A DNA stretch of 64,000 nucleotides from the NCBI GenBank assembly GCA_965206985.1, contig CBDBLF010000009.1, forward strand, positions 15,498-79,497, written 5' to 3'. Shown here piece by piece: positions 56,372 to 64,000 of this stretch (position 1 is its first letter; every line of letters starts with the position of its first letter). The DNA is from Spirochaetota bacterium. Lineage in GTDB: Bacteria > Spirochaetota > Leptospiria > Turneriellales > CBDBES01. The translations under genes were made by a program, and so were the position numbers. The notes beneath the pieces were generated by a model. That model was not told the DNA's origin, ran no database searches, and worked only from the letters and a program-made list of their open reading frames with translations.

Positions 56372-57901
56372 TTGGTGTTTCGGTATTCCCTCATATTAAT
56401 TTTCTTCTTGGTCTGCCCCGTTGTACCCGACGTAGGGGCTGTATTCTCAAAACCCTACTTGAGAATACAACAAGTGCGCTCCGTCGACTACCCGTATATA
56501 CAAATAGAGCTGTCTTTAGCAAAAATAACACCAATCAAAGGGATTGATCCAAACTCTTTTGAAGTTTATGAGAATGATTGGAAGGTCAACTCCTTTCATG
56601 TTAAAAGAATTGAGCCCGAAAAAAACCCCAAGAAAACAATCTTGTTGGTAAACTCTTCAAGCAATCTTTCAAATAATCACTTTCTTGAACAAATAGAGGC
56701 CATTGAAAACTTCACCAAGGTGCTCAGCAGCAACGATCAAATTGCGATATTGAGTTATAATGACAAAATTACAAAACACTGTGGTTTTGTCACAGAAAAG
56801 CTCAAAATGACAAAGTGCATAAAAGATATTCGACAGCAAGGTAGAAAAACAGTTCTCTACGATGCTATTTTTGAAGGTTTGAAGTTATTGCGCGGTTTAA
56901 CTCCGGAAATAACTCCCGAGAGACATTCGATGATTTTATTTGTGGGCGGTAAAGATCAAGGATCAATTATGGAGATAAACGATGTCATGACAATGCTGAT
57001 GAACCAATCGAACACTCCCATATTTGGGATCGCAACTGGAAACAAAAAAGACCTAAAATCAATTTCACGAATTTCACGAATCAGTGGCGGAGATATCTAC
57101 CATGTTGGAGATACTAAAAATTTCAGCAAAATATATTTGCTAATCAATGAGCTTTTGGATAATCGTTATATGATTCGTTATGTATCTCAGGCCTCTTCAA
57201 CATCTTTAGACGGAAAAAAAGTTAAGCTTTTGATTTCCGTAAACTCCAAAGATTTCCAAGAATCTGATACCTACACCTTTTTTTTACATGATCTATCGCT
57301 CACTGATCTGTGGCACAAATTGAAAACTGATGACAGCTACTGGTTGTTTGGTCTAACAAGTGCTTTAATCTTCATTTTTCTTTCTCTTATAATTATCGTC
57401 ATTCGTAGGCCAAGGCTCATTGTTAAAGAAGTGGCAAAAAAACCAGAACAATCTTCTCATAAAACAGATGAAAAGGACGTGTCCTATAAGAACGACATTG
57501 AAGATTATATTATTCAAAGAGAAAAAAATACTACTGAATTGAAAAAAAAAACATTTAGTAAGAAAATTATTCGAGAAGACGCATTCTCTAAAAAAATACT
57601 AGCGTATTTTGTGGAAAAAGAAGGTCCAAATACTGGTCGTAGGTATGAAATTAATTGGGAAAATATCAGTATCGGGTATGCTGATGAAAATTCAATCGCT
57701 CTCGATGATCCATTAATTTCTTATGAACACGCAAAAATTAAAGAACAAGGAAATCGTTTCATCTTATACGATCTCCTATCAGAAAATGGCACTTATCTCA
57801 ACGGAAAAAAACTTTTACGCCCTACTGTCTTAAAAGATTTTGACGAAATTCAACTAGGAAAAACGAAACTTATTTTTAGAAAAGTTTTTCAATCGAGATG
57901 A
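56372..57901 (+). CDS. Membrane protein with periplasmic vWA-like domain and cytoplasmic C-terminal FHA domain
   Basis: Signal peptide. vWA-like block (ILLVNSSSNLS... with N replacing the MIDAS Asp). TM FGLTSALIFIFLSLIIIVI. FHA region GRRYEINWENISIGYADENSIALDDPLISYEHAKI...SENGTYLNG. Confidence 0.6.
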   Translation: MVFRYSLILIFFLVCPVVPDVGAVFSKPYLRIQQVRSVDYPYIQIELSLAKITPIKGIDPNSFEVYENDWKVNSFHVKRIEPEKNPKKTILLVNSSSNLSNNHFLEQIEAIENFTKVLSSNDQIAILSYNDKITKHCGFVTEKLKMTKCIKDIRQQGRKTVLYDAIFEGLKLLRGLTPEITPERHSMILFVGGKDQGSIMEINDVMTMLMNQSNTPIFGIATGNKKDLKSISRISRISGGDIYHVGDTKNFSKIYLLINELLDNRYMIRYVSQASSTSLDGKKVKLLISVNSKDFQESDTYTFFLHDLSLTDLWHKLKTDDSYWLFGLTSALIFIFLSLIIIVIRRPRLIVKEVAKKPEQSSHKTDEKDVSYKNDIEDYIIQREKNTTELKKKTFSKKIIREDAFSKKILAYFVEKEGPNTGRRYEINWENISIGYADENSIALDDPLISYEHAKIKEQGNRFILYDLLSENGTYLNGKKLLRPTVLKDFDEIQLGKTKLIFRKVFQSR

Positions 57902-57927
57902 ACTTATGTTGACCTTTTAGTAACTCC

Positions 57928-59037
57928 ATGCCTTCCCTAGCAAAATATGCCGTCACTGAGGCAGAGGATTCTTGTCGACGAGAATATAAAGAACCCAATC
58001 ACCCTCTGAGAAGCCCTTTCCAAAGAGACCGTGATCGAATTGTACATTCAAAAGCCTTCCGGCGATTAGAATACAAAACACAGGTTTTTGTTAATCATTT
58101 AGGAGATAACTTCAGAACCCGCCTCACGCATAGTATTGAGGTTGCACAAATATCTCGTTCTGTTGCCCGCATTCTTTGCCTTAACGAAGACTTAGTGGAA
58201 GCAATTGCTCTGGCACACGACATTGGACATCCACCTTTCGGACACGCAGGAGAGAGGGTTCTTAATCATTTTATGAAGTCGCACGGAGGTTTCGACCACA
58301 ACGAACAAACATTAAGAACAGTCACTGCCTTAGAAGAGCGATATCCTGGTTTTCCTGGATTAAATTTAACCGAGGCCACTCGGCTAGGACTACAAAAACA
58401 TAATAAATTACCCATGGGACACGGTCACTCTTTAGAGGCACAAATTGTTAATATTTGCGACGAGATTGCATATAATAATCATGATCTAGATGATGGTTTA
58501 GATAGTCGATTACTTTCATTAAAGCAGTTAGAAGAAGTTAATCTCTGGAAGGAATCTTGGAGGACAACGAACAAACAATACCCTGCAACAAGCACTAAAA
58601 TTAAAATTCGTTATTCAATTCGCTGTTTAGTCAATCAAATGGTCATGAATCTAGTGGAGCAAACAAAAAAAAATATCACCATTTTTAAAATTAAAACTTT
58701 TAAAGATGTTATGAACTTTCAGGTTAAATACGATGAAGGAGTTAGTGCTGTCGGTTTTTCAGAAGACTTTCTGCATCCTCTGCTGAATTTGAAAAAATTT
58801 CTACAGAAAAATCTCTATAGACACCCTAAAGTAGAAAAAATGAATCTAGAAGCACGTAAAATAATTGAAAAACTTTTCACTCATTTCATTCAAAATAAAG
58901 AATCATTGCCCGAGGAATACCAAGCCAGAATAACTCTGACAGGGCTGCACAAAACTGTTTGTGACTTCATTGCTGGAATGACCGACAGATATGCGATGCA
59001 CTGGGTTTTAAAATTACCAAAAATAAATAAAAGTTGA
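57928..59037 (+). CDS. dgt: dGTP triphosphohydrolase-like HD-domain protein
   Basis: RSPFQRDRDRIVHSKAFRRLEYKTQVF, RTRLTHSIEVAQI, AHDIGHPPFGH. Confidence 0.85.
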   Translation: MPSLAKYAVTEAEDSCRREYKEPNHPLRSPFQRDRDRIVHSKAFRRLEYKTQVFVNHLGDNFRTRLTHSIEVAQISRSVARILCLNEDLVEAIALAHDIGHPPFGHAGERVLNHFMKSHGGFDHNEQTLRTVTALEERYPGFPGLNLTEATRLGLQKHNKLPMGHGHSLEAQIVNICDEIAYNNHDLDDGLDSRLLSLKQLEEVNLWKESWRTTNKQYPATSTKIKIRYSIRCLVNQMVMNLVEQTKKNITIFKIKTFKDVMNFQVKYDEGVSAVGFSEDFLHPLLNLKKFLQKNLYRHPKVEKMNLEARKIIEKLFTHFIQNKESLPEEYQARITLTGLHKTVCDFIAGMTDRYAMHWVLKLPKINKS

Positions 59038-59072
59038 CATATAATAAATAGACACCATAGTCAGAAGAACCA

Positions 59073-60578
59073 ATGAAACACAAAAGAAGATTCATGGCCT
59101 ATAGTCTGTTTTACTTTTTTGTTGTTTCTGGTAATGAGACCAAGCCGCCCCCCTCCCCATCACAACTAAATGAAGAGGCTTTAAAGTTATCAGAAGAAGG
59201 CAATTATGATAAAGCTTTAGAAAAGCTAAAGATTGCCACAAATATTGAAAAAATCTCAGCAATCGCTTATCACAATATTGGCTATACCCATCACCTAAAA
59301 GGCGCTTATGAACTAGCGACACAAAACTATGAGAACAGTATTGATCGAGACCCTAAATTGGTGCCTCCTCGTCAAAACTTAGGTAAAATTTATTATGAAT
59401 CTGCACGCTATAAAGAGGCTATCGATCAAGGCGAAAAAGTTCTTGAATTAGACCCTAAAAACAAGCAAGTCATTCAATGGCTTCCTGACGCTTATAAAAA
59501 ATATGCAGAACAACGTATTTTATTAAACTATGGAAATACCGATATCGGAGTGGGCCTGGAAGATATGGCTGATCCCTTCTCTAGGCTGAGAAACTTAGAC
59601 TGGTACCCCCTGCGGTTCAGTTACACTATCGTCGGTGGTTTTTTTATCAATAAAGACCGAAGTGTCCCTAGGGTAATCCTTTTGCCCACAACAAGTAGAC
59701 TACCCATGTATTTCAATTTACAGTTGCGAGCCTTGGTGCAAATTAATATTAGAGTCGCTACCGCCCCTATTGCAGGACTCTTAAACCCTGCCTTTTTTAA
59801 CGCGGAAGAAACGCTTGAGGCAATCTACTGGCATAAACAATGGTTTTTTGGAACGGGTGTGCTTTTGTCTCAATTTGATACAAGTATTGATCATGCTCTT
59901 GGGCTTCCTAATTTCCGACTGAATACAGATATTAATACCGCCAGTGATTGGAAACTAGGCATACTGGGTGGCTATAGTAAAAAGGGCCACAGCCTCTCTA
60001 TGACAATGTATTCCCGTTATTTATTCCGAGACCCCACTGCAAAAACAACTCCTCATGATATTCGCATTGACCGAAATTTATTTTTGCTAACATACCAAAG
60101 TAAAGCAAGCAGTGCCTCAACTCCGTGGTCACCCTCTTTTCTGGTAGAGTTTCTAATCAATGAATCTTACATTTCTGAATATCAAACATCAAGAGGGCCT
60201 GTCATTGGACATTATTTTGGATATTATGATTTCAGCCTCGGTCTAATCTTTCCTAATTTTGGGAAGAATTTGGTAAAGTTCCCACTACTCATTGGATTTA
60301 AACTTGTGAATCGAATTTATTTTGTAGACCTCAATGATCCTAACCCAAGTTCTTTTGGTAATGGCCAAGGCTTTTTAGGTTTTAACACTCAAGATATCTT
60401 AAAAGGGAACACATTCTCTGGTTTGCGTGTAAACTCTCACAAGCTTCTTGTTTTTTCAAAACAAACCATACACCCCTATTTATTTTTTCAAGAAACAATT
60501 GGATTTGATTATCAACCATCTCATTCAGTGCTTCTACATATCCTTGAGATATATTTTCAAGTGGGCTTAAGGATTTAA
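59073..60578 (+). CDS. TPR-repeat protein with beta-rich C-terminal region (possible outer-membrane protein)
   Basis: About three N-terminal TPR units. The C-terminal 330 aa is rich in alternating aromatic/hydrophobic residues. The function call is architectural only. Confidence 0.45.
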   Translation: MKHKRRFMAYSLFYFFVVSGNETKPPPSPSQLNEEALKLSEEGNYDKALEKLKIATNIEKISAIAYHNIGYTHHLKGAYELATQNYENSIDRDPKLVPPRQNLGKIYYESARYKEAIDQGEKVLELDPKNKQVIQWLPDAYKKYAEQRILLNYGNTDIGVGLEDMADPFSRLRNLDWYPLRFSYTIVGGFFINKDRSVPRVILLPTTSRLPMYFNLQLRALVQINIRVATAPIAGLLNPAFFNAEETLEAIYWHKQWFFGTGVLLSQFDTSIDHALGLPNFRLNTDINTASDWKLGILGGYSKKGHSLSMTMYSRYLFRDPTAKTTPHDIRIDRNLFLLTYQSKASSASTPWSPSFLVEFLINESYISEYQTSRGPVIGHYFGYYDFSLGLIFPNFGKNLVKFPLLIGFKLVNRIYFVDLNDPNPSSFGNGQGFLGFNTQDILKGNTFSGLRVNSHKLLVFSKQTIHPYLFFQETIGFDYQPSHSVLLHILEIYFQVGLRI

Positions 60579-60617
60579 GATGGCTGCTTGTGCAGCCAAA
60601 ATTTGGTCGTGTCATAT

Positions 60618-61382
60618 TTAATCAAAGTTTCTATTTGCGATGAATAATTCTTGTATAGACCACTTATGATTCGTCATTTCTGTAGCCATTGCTGGGGTGA
60701 TTTGAATTGGTTTTCCTCCCTCATACTCAGCTAGACTTGAATGTGGAAGGCAGAAATTGTAATAATTAGCAACAAAAGAATTATGCCCCTGCATATATTT
60801 GAATTTTTTTGAAAAACCCTGACTTTTACGCTCTATTCTATGATTGTGTTGGCGAAGAGTCAAATTATTCCTTTCTACAGCAAAGGTGTTCATCTGATGA
60901 CTTACTGAAGAGTTTGCAATATATTCATCTAGTAGCTTTTGATCACCAAAGATTAGAGATTTGTCAACTTCCTTACATCTCCCTTTTTCTATTCTCTTAA
61001 TTATTTGCCCATAACATAGAGATTTGGGTGATTGAAGCTTTCTAGTCATTGAGTCAAATTTACCATAAACTGAAAGAATGGCATCACTATATCCCTCATA
61101 TCTATCAGAGGTAATCAAGAATTTATCTTCCCTCTTTGGCTTACTTCTTGTTTTTACCTTGGTCAGTAACTTTCTAGCATTCACTGAGGTCCTCTTGCCT
61201 GTTATATGCGCTAAAATGAGCTTTTCTACAGGCAATACTGCAGTAAAAGTCCAGATATCCCCTATTTCATCACTTAATCGCTCAGTCTCTGATAGATTGT
61301 ATTGTTTTTTAAAGACAAAACCCCAATGCTCGTCTAATTGAATTTCATTGAAAGACAGGTTTTTGTATATATTTTTTTTCAA
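60618..61382 (-). CDS. insB: IS1-family InsB-like ORF (copy E), G->R change next to putative catalytic Asp
   Basis: ITSDRYEGY instead of ITSDGYEGY; otherwise identical. Confidence 0.8.
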   Translation of the reverse strand: MKKNIYKNLSFNEIQLDEHWGFVFKKQYNLSETERLSDEIGDIWTFTAVLPVEKLILAHITGKRTSVNARKLLTKVKTRSKPKREDKFLITSDRYEGYSDAILSVYGKFDSMTRKLQSPKSLCYGQIIKRIEKGRCKEVDKSLIFGDQKLLDEYIANSSVSHQMNTFAVERNNLTLRQHNHRIERKSQGFSKKFKYMQGHNSFVANYYNFCLPHSSLAEYEGGKPIQITPAMATEMTNHKWSIQELFIANRNFD

Positions 61383-61722
61383 CTTTTAGTGAATCTTCAC
61401 CTGCTGCTTTAACCCAAGCAAGAACTGTATCCTTGCTGATACCAAAGACTCTTCCGGTAGCTCTAATGCCACAGCCCTCAACTGTGTTTTGTAATACCCG
61501 AGTAATGGTTTCTTTGCTTTTCTTGCGACGAAAAAAAATAGTGCCTTTATTCTCTGAAAAGCATCTACCACAAGCGGTGCACTTTAAATAGGCTATTTGT
61601 TTGTACTTACCAGACATATAAGCAAAGCGCACATTTCCTTCATTTACCTTATGATACTTATGGCAGTCTGTATTTTGACAGCTAAAACCACTTGTATCAA
61701 AGGTATATTTTCTTTTGTTCAT
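61345..61722 (-). CDS. insA: IS1-family InsA-like ORF (copy E)
   Basis: Identical 125-aa product. Confidence 0.8.
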   Translation of the reverse strand: MNKRKYTFDTSGFSCQNTDCHKYHKVNEGNVRFAYMSGKYKQIAYLKCTACGRCFSENKGTIFFRRKKSKETITRVLQNTVEGCGIRATGRVFGISKDTVLAWVKAAGEDSLKVEKKYIQKPVFQ

Positions 61723-61801
61723 AATGAGACATAACCTTAATTTAAGGGAGATAAGTCAATTCCTTTTTTAATTGGAAACTTTGATTAAATATGACACGAC
61801 C

Positions 61802-62313
61802 CAAAATTTGGGCAACGAGTAGGCGGTAAGGGTTGCAAGAAACATAATCAAGACCAATTATCGTGGCAAAAAAGATTGACAATCGTCTCGTGAAAAACCA
61901 ACACCCATTTGGGTTAAATTATTGGTTCCAAAACTAAAAAATCAGCCACTCGTGCAATTCCATCAACAGTAATCGCGGTACGTGGGACTTCAATCATCGT
62001 ACCAAGAAGATAATTTATTTCGGCACCTGTTTCTTTTTGAAAATCTACGGCAACTTATTGATGCTCTAACTCCTTACAATGTCCAATCAGAGGGTACCAT
62101 AACCTCAGGCAGGACACTCACACCTTCTTTTGAAAGTTCCCATGTCGCTTTTAAAACAGCCTTCACTTGCATTTCGGTAATTTCAGGATAGGTCACCCCC
62201 AGGCAACAACCTCGATGTCCAAGCATTGGATTGAATTCAAGGCGTTTATTGTTTTTATCACCTTCGGCTTTACGAGAACCAAATGAATATATATATTTAC
62301 TCATACTCTCCAT
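61802..62313 (-). pseudogene. ppdK: Pyruvate phosphate dikinase relic (large internal deletions, stops, frameshifts; 3' end cut by IS1-like copy E)
   Basis: [15 protein letters not shown] (PPDK N-terminus) is fused directly to [24 protein letters not shown]. In shifted frames follow ..[43 protein letters not shown].. and ..GLDYVSCNPYRLLVAQI, ending at the IS junction. Confidence 0.8.
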
Positions 62314-62376
62314 TTTTAACTGTACACTGTCGTATCAACTTATCTCACTGAGGCTGGGAAAGAAAGCAACTTACGG

Positions 62377-63051
62377 ATGAAATCAAAATTAAAAAAAATA
62401 ATTGTGACCTCAGGGCCAACAAGAGAGTTTCTCGACCCAATTCGTTATTTATCGAACCCATCAACAGGTCAAATGGGTTATGCGATTGCTGAGGCAGCTT
62501 TGCTAAAAGGATATAAAGTCTCTTTCATCTCAGGGCCCGTTTCTCGAACATATTCTCACATCAAAGGAGCAAAAAATACTCAAATTATCTCAACGCGAGA
62601 TATGCTTTTGGCTGTTATGAAAGAAATTGAATCTGAGTGTGCCTTAATTATGGCAGCTGCCCCCGCTGACTTTAGACCAGAGAAAAGCTTCCATAAAAAA
62701 GTTAAAAAAAAAGAAATGCATGGTATTTCTTTAGTGAATAATCCTGATATTTTGAAAAAAGTGGGATCAATAATTAAGAAAAAATCAATCGAGAACTTTT
62801 TTTTAATTGGTTTTGCAGCAGAAACTCATGAAGGCGAAGAATACGCCCTGCAAAAACTTAGAGAAAAAAATCTTGATATAATTTTTCTCAATGACCTTTC
62901 GCAAAAAAATTCAGGATTTGGAGTAAATACAAATTGCTTGACCGTCTTCCGGAAGGACCTTATACAAAAGAAATGGGATGTTATGAGTAAGAAACATCTA
63001 GGGCATAAAATTATACAAGAAATCGAAAACTATTTACTCAAAAACTCATAG
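62377..63051 (+). CDS. coaB: Phosphopantothenate--cysteine ligase (stand-alone CoaB domain)
   Basis: IIVTSGPTREFLDPIRYLSNPSTGQMGYAIAEAA and AAAPADFRP motifs of the DFP C-terminal domain. 224 aa, no CoaC flavoprotein half. Confidence 0.8.
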   Translation: MKSKLKKIIVTSGPTREFLDPIRYLSNPSTGQMGYAIAEAALLKGYKVSFISGPVSRTYSHIKGAKNTQIISTRDMLLAVMKEIESECALIMAAAPADFRPEKSFHKKVKKKEMHGISLVNNPDILKKVGSIIKKKSIENFFLIGFAAETHEGEEYALQKLREKNLDIIFLNDLSQKNSGFGVNTNCLTVFRKDLIQKKWDVMSKKHLGHKIIQEIENYLLKNS

Positions 63052-63104
63052 GCTTCTCCATTATTTTTCATTACCCTTTGTAAAAAGTTATTCTTCTAAT
63101 GACT

Positions 63105-64000
63105 CTACATCTCTTCATCTTGCTTACCAATGATCTGAATTTCTGTAAAAAACTTAGAGAAGTTTTCTTTCTCTCGAAATTCTGATAAGACTTTTTCTGA
63201 TTTTAGAAATAAAATCATCTCCTTCTTTGATTCTATAGATAAATATATATAGCTTTTAAGTTCCTGTTGAAAAGATTCCCATTTCTGTAAATTAGCAAAA
63301 CTCAACAGAAGTTTTTTTTCGAGAACTATAGAACGATTATGCACCTCTTGATATGCTTGATACGCCTGAGTATAGTCGCCCGTGTGAAAATAAGAGTTGG
63401 CCAACCAAATAGGATAACTTGGGTTCGCTTTCAATTTGCTCGCATATTCTGAAACGAACTTACTTAGTCTTTGATATTGATTAGCTTGAGAGATAAAATC
63501 TACGACCTCTTCTAATTCACCCAAACACCAATCTTTGCGATTTCTTTTTTTGGGTTCTGAAGCAATTTTCTGATAATAGACGGTGACTCCTTTCCGTTCT
63601 TCATTATTTTCTATTTGATCTTCAGCTTTGGTCTGTTCATCACCAGACAAAGGAGATAAAAATGCTTCTGTGTAATATGTTAATGCTAGCTCAACATATT
63701 TCTTTTGAAACTTTAGATTTGTTTCACTAACCAAGTGAAACCACTTCCCGCGAACCAGCCTGGAAAGAGTTGTTAAACTATAGTCTTTACTTTTTTCAAA
63801 AAAACCTGCACGTTTGATATAGGAATAGCATGGGAAAAAACTTTTCTTAAAAATATTTACAATTTTTTTCTCCCCTGAATGTTTCATAATCTCAGACAGC
63901 TGCAACGAAGAGTTACATTGAATCAGGTAAAGGACATTTCTCTGGTGTTTTATCCTTTGCTTAACAAACTCTTTGCTTAAAGCCTTTTTTGCGGCTTCCT
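63105..64000 (-). CDS. Hypothetical protein (TPR-like helical), 5' end beyond window
   Basis: The track gives 63105..63905, but the same frame stays open upstream to nt 64000 (..EAAKKALSKEFVKQRIKHQRNVLYLIQCNSSLQLSEIMKH..). The gene is therefore partial. Confidence 0.5.
   Translation of the reverse strand, partial: EAAKKALSKEFVKQRIKHQRNVLYLIQCNSSLQLSEIMKHSGEKKIVNIFKKSFFPCYSYIKRAGFFEKSKDYSLTTLSRLVRGKWFHLVSETNLKFQKKYVELALTYYTEAFLSPLSGDEQTKAEDQIENNEERKGVTVYYQKIASEPKKRNRKDWCLGELEEVVDFISQANQYQRLSKFVSEYASKLKANPSYPIWLANSYFHTGDYTQAYQAYQEVHNRSIVLEKKLLLSFANLQKWESFQQELKSYIYLSIESKKEMILFLKSEKVLSEFREKENFSKFFTEIQIIGKQDEEM

Larger units (their letters stand above)
60605..61801 (-). mobile_element. IS1-family element, copy E (1,197 bp)
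   Basis: Perfect 27-bp IRs. 8-bp TSD CAAAATTT (60597-60604 / 61802-61809). Confidence 0.9.

Noticed and set aside
62074-62313. 79-aa ORF as a real small gene
   Set aside because: It is a chimera of the PPDK N-terminus and a distant internal PPDK segment created by deletion. It is treated as part of the ppdK pseudogene.
1-64000. Search for CRISPR-Cas, restriction-modification, toxin-antitoxin, retron or prophage modules
   Set aside because: No repeat-spacer array, methyltransferase/endonuclease pair, small TA-like bicistron, reverse transcriptase or phage structural gene was recognisable in any frame.

Overview
64 kb of chromosome from a low-GC diderm bacterium (about 35-38% GC by eye). Gene content: alternative complex III, menaquinone synthesis, PntAB transhydrogenase, T2SS GspK-N, LptF/G, ExbBD and HtrA. 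The lineage cannot be assigned from sequence alone.

Housekeeping genes are mostly intact: actB/actA plus cytochromes c, gltA, exbB-exbD-pntAA-pntAB-pntB, dsbD-like, gspKLMN, dnaE, serA, cca, ribBA, tRNA-Cys/tRNA-Leu, htrA, menA/menB, lepB, dgt-like and coaB.

The window is heavily colonised by insertion sequences, which together with their relics cover about 12.6 kb (about 20%):
- Five near-identical copies of a 1,197-bp IS1-family element, one of them truncated. It has 27-bp perfect IRs and 8-bp AT-rich TSDs.
- Two copies of a 3,091-bp composite in which that IS1-like element is nested at the same site inside an IS1182-like element. Each composite has its own 4-bp TSD.
- One IS3-family element trapped between two IS1-like copies.
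- One IS481-like element.
- Two older transposase relics.

Signs of gene decay:
- A pyruvate phosphate dikinase relic, clipped by an IS.
- An LptF/G permease split at a T10 homopolymer.

Other items worth a second look:
- In the IS1-like element, insB is in the +1/-2 frame across an A8 run, unlike the canonical IS1 -1 shift.
- A GC-rich, highly repetitive FN3x6 + GLUG-repeat lipoprotein is compositionally foreign to its surroundings.
- A 1,153-aa fusion of Cas4-like nuclease, RNase H-like domain and SF1B helicase lies beside the IS cluster.
- An exbB-unknown-exbD stator module is tightly coupled to pntAB.

No CRISPR array, restriction-modification system, toxin-antitoxin pair or prophage could be supported.
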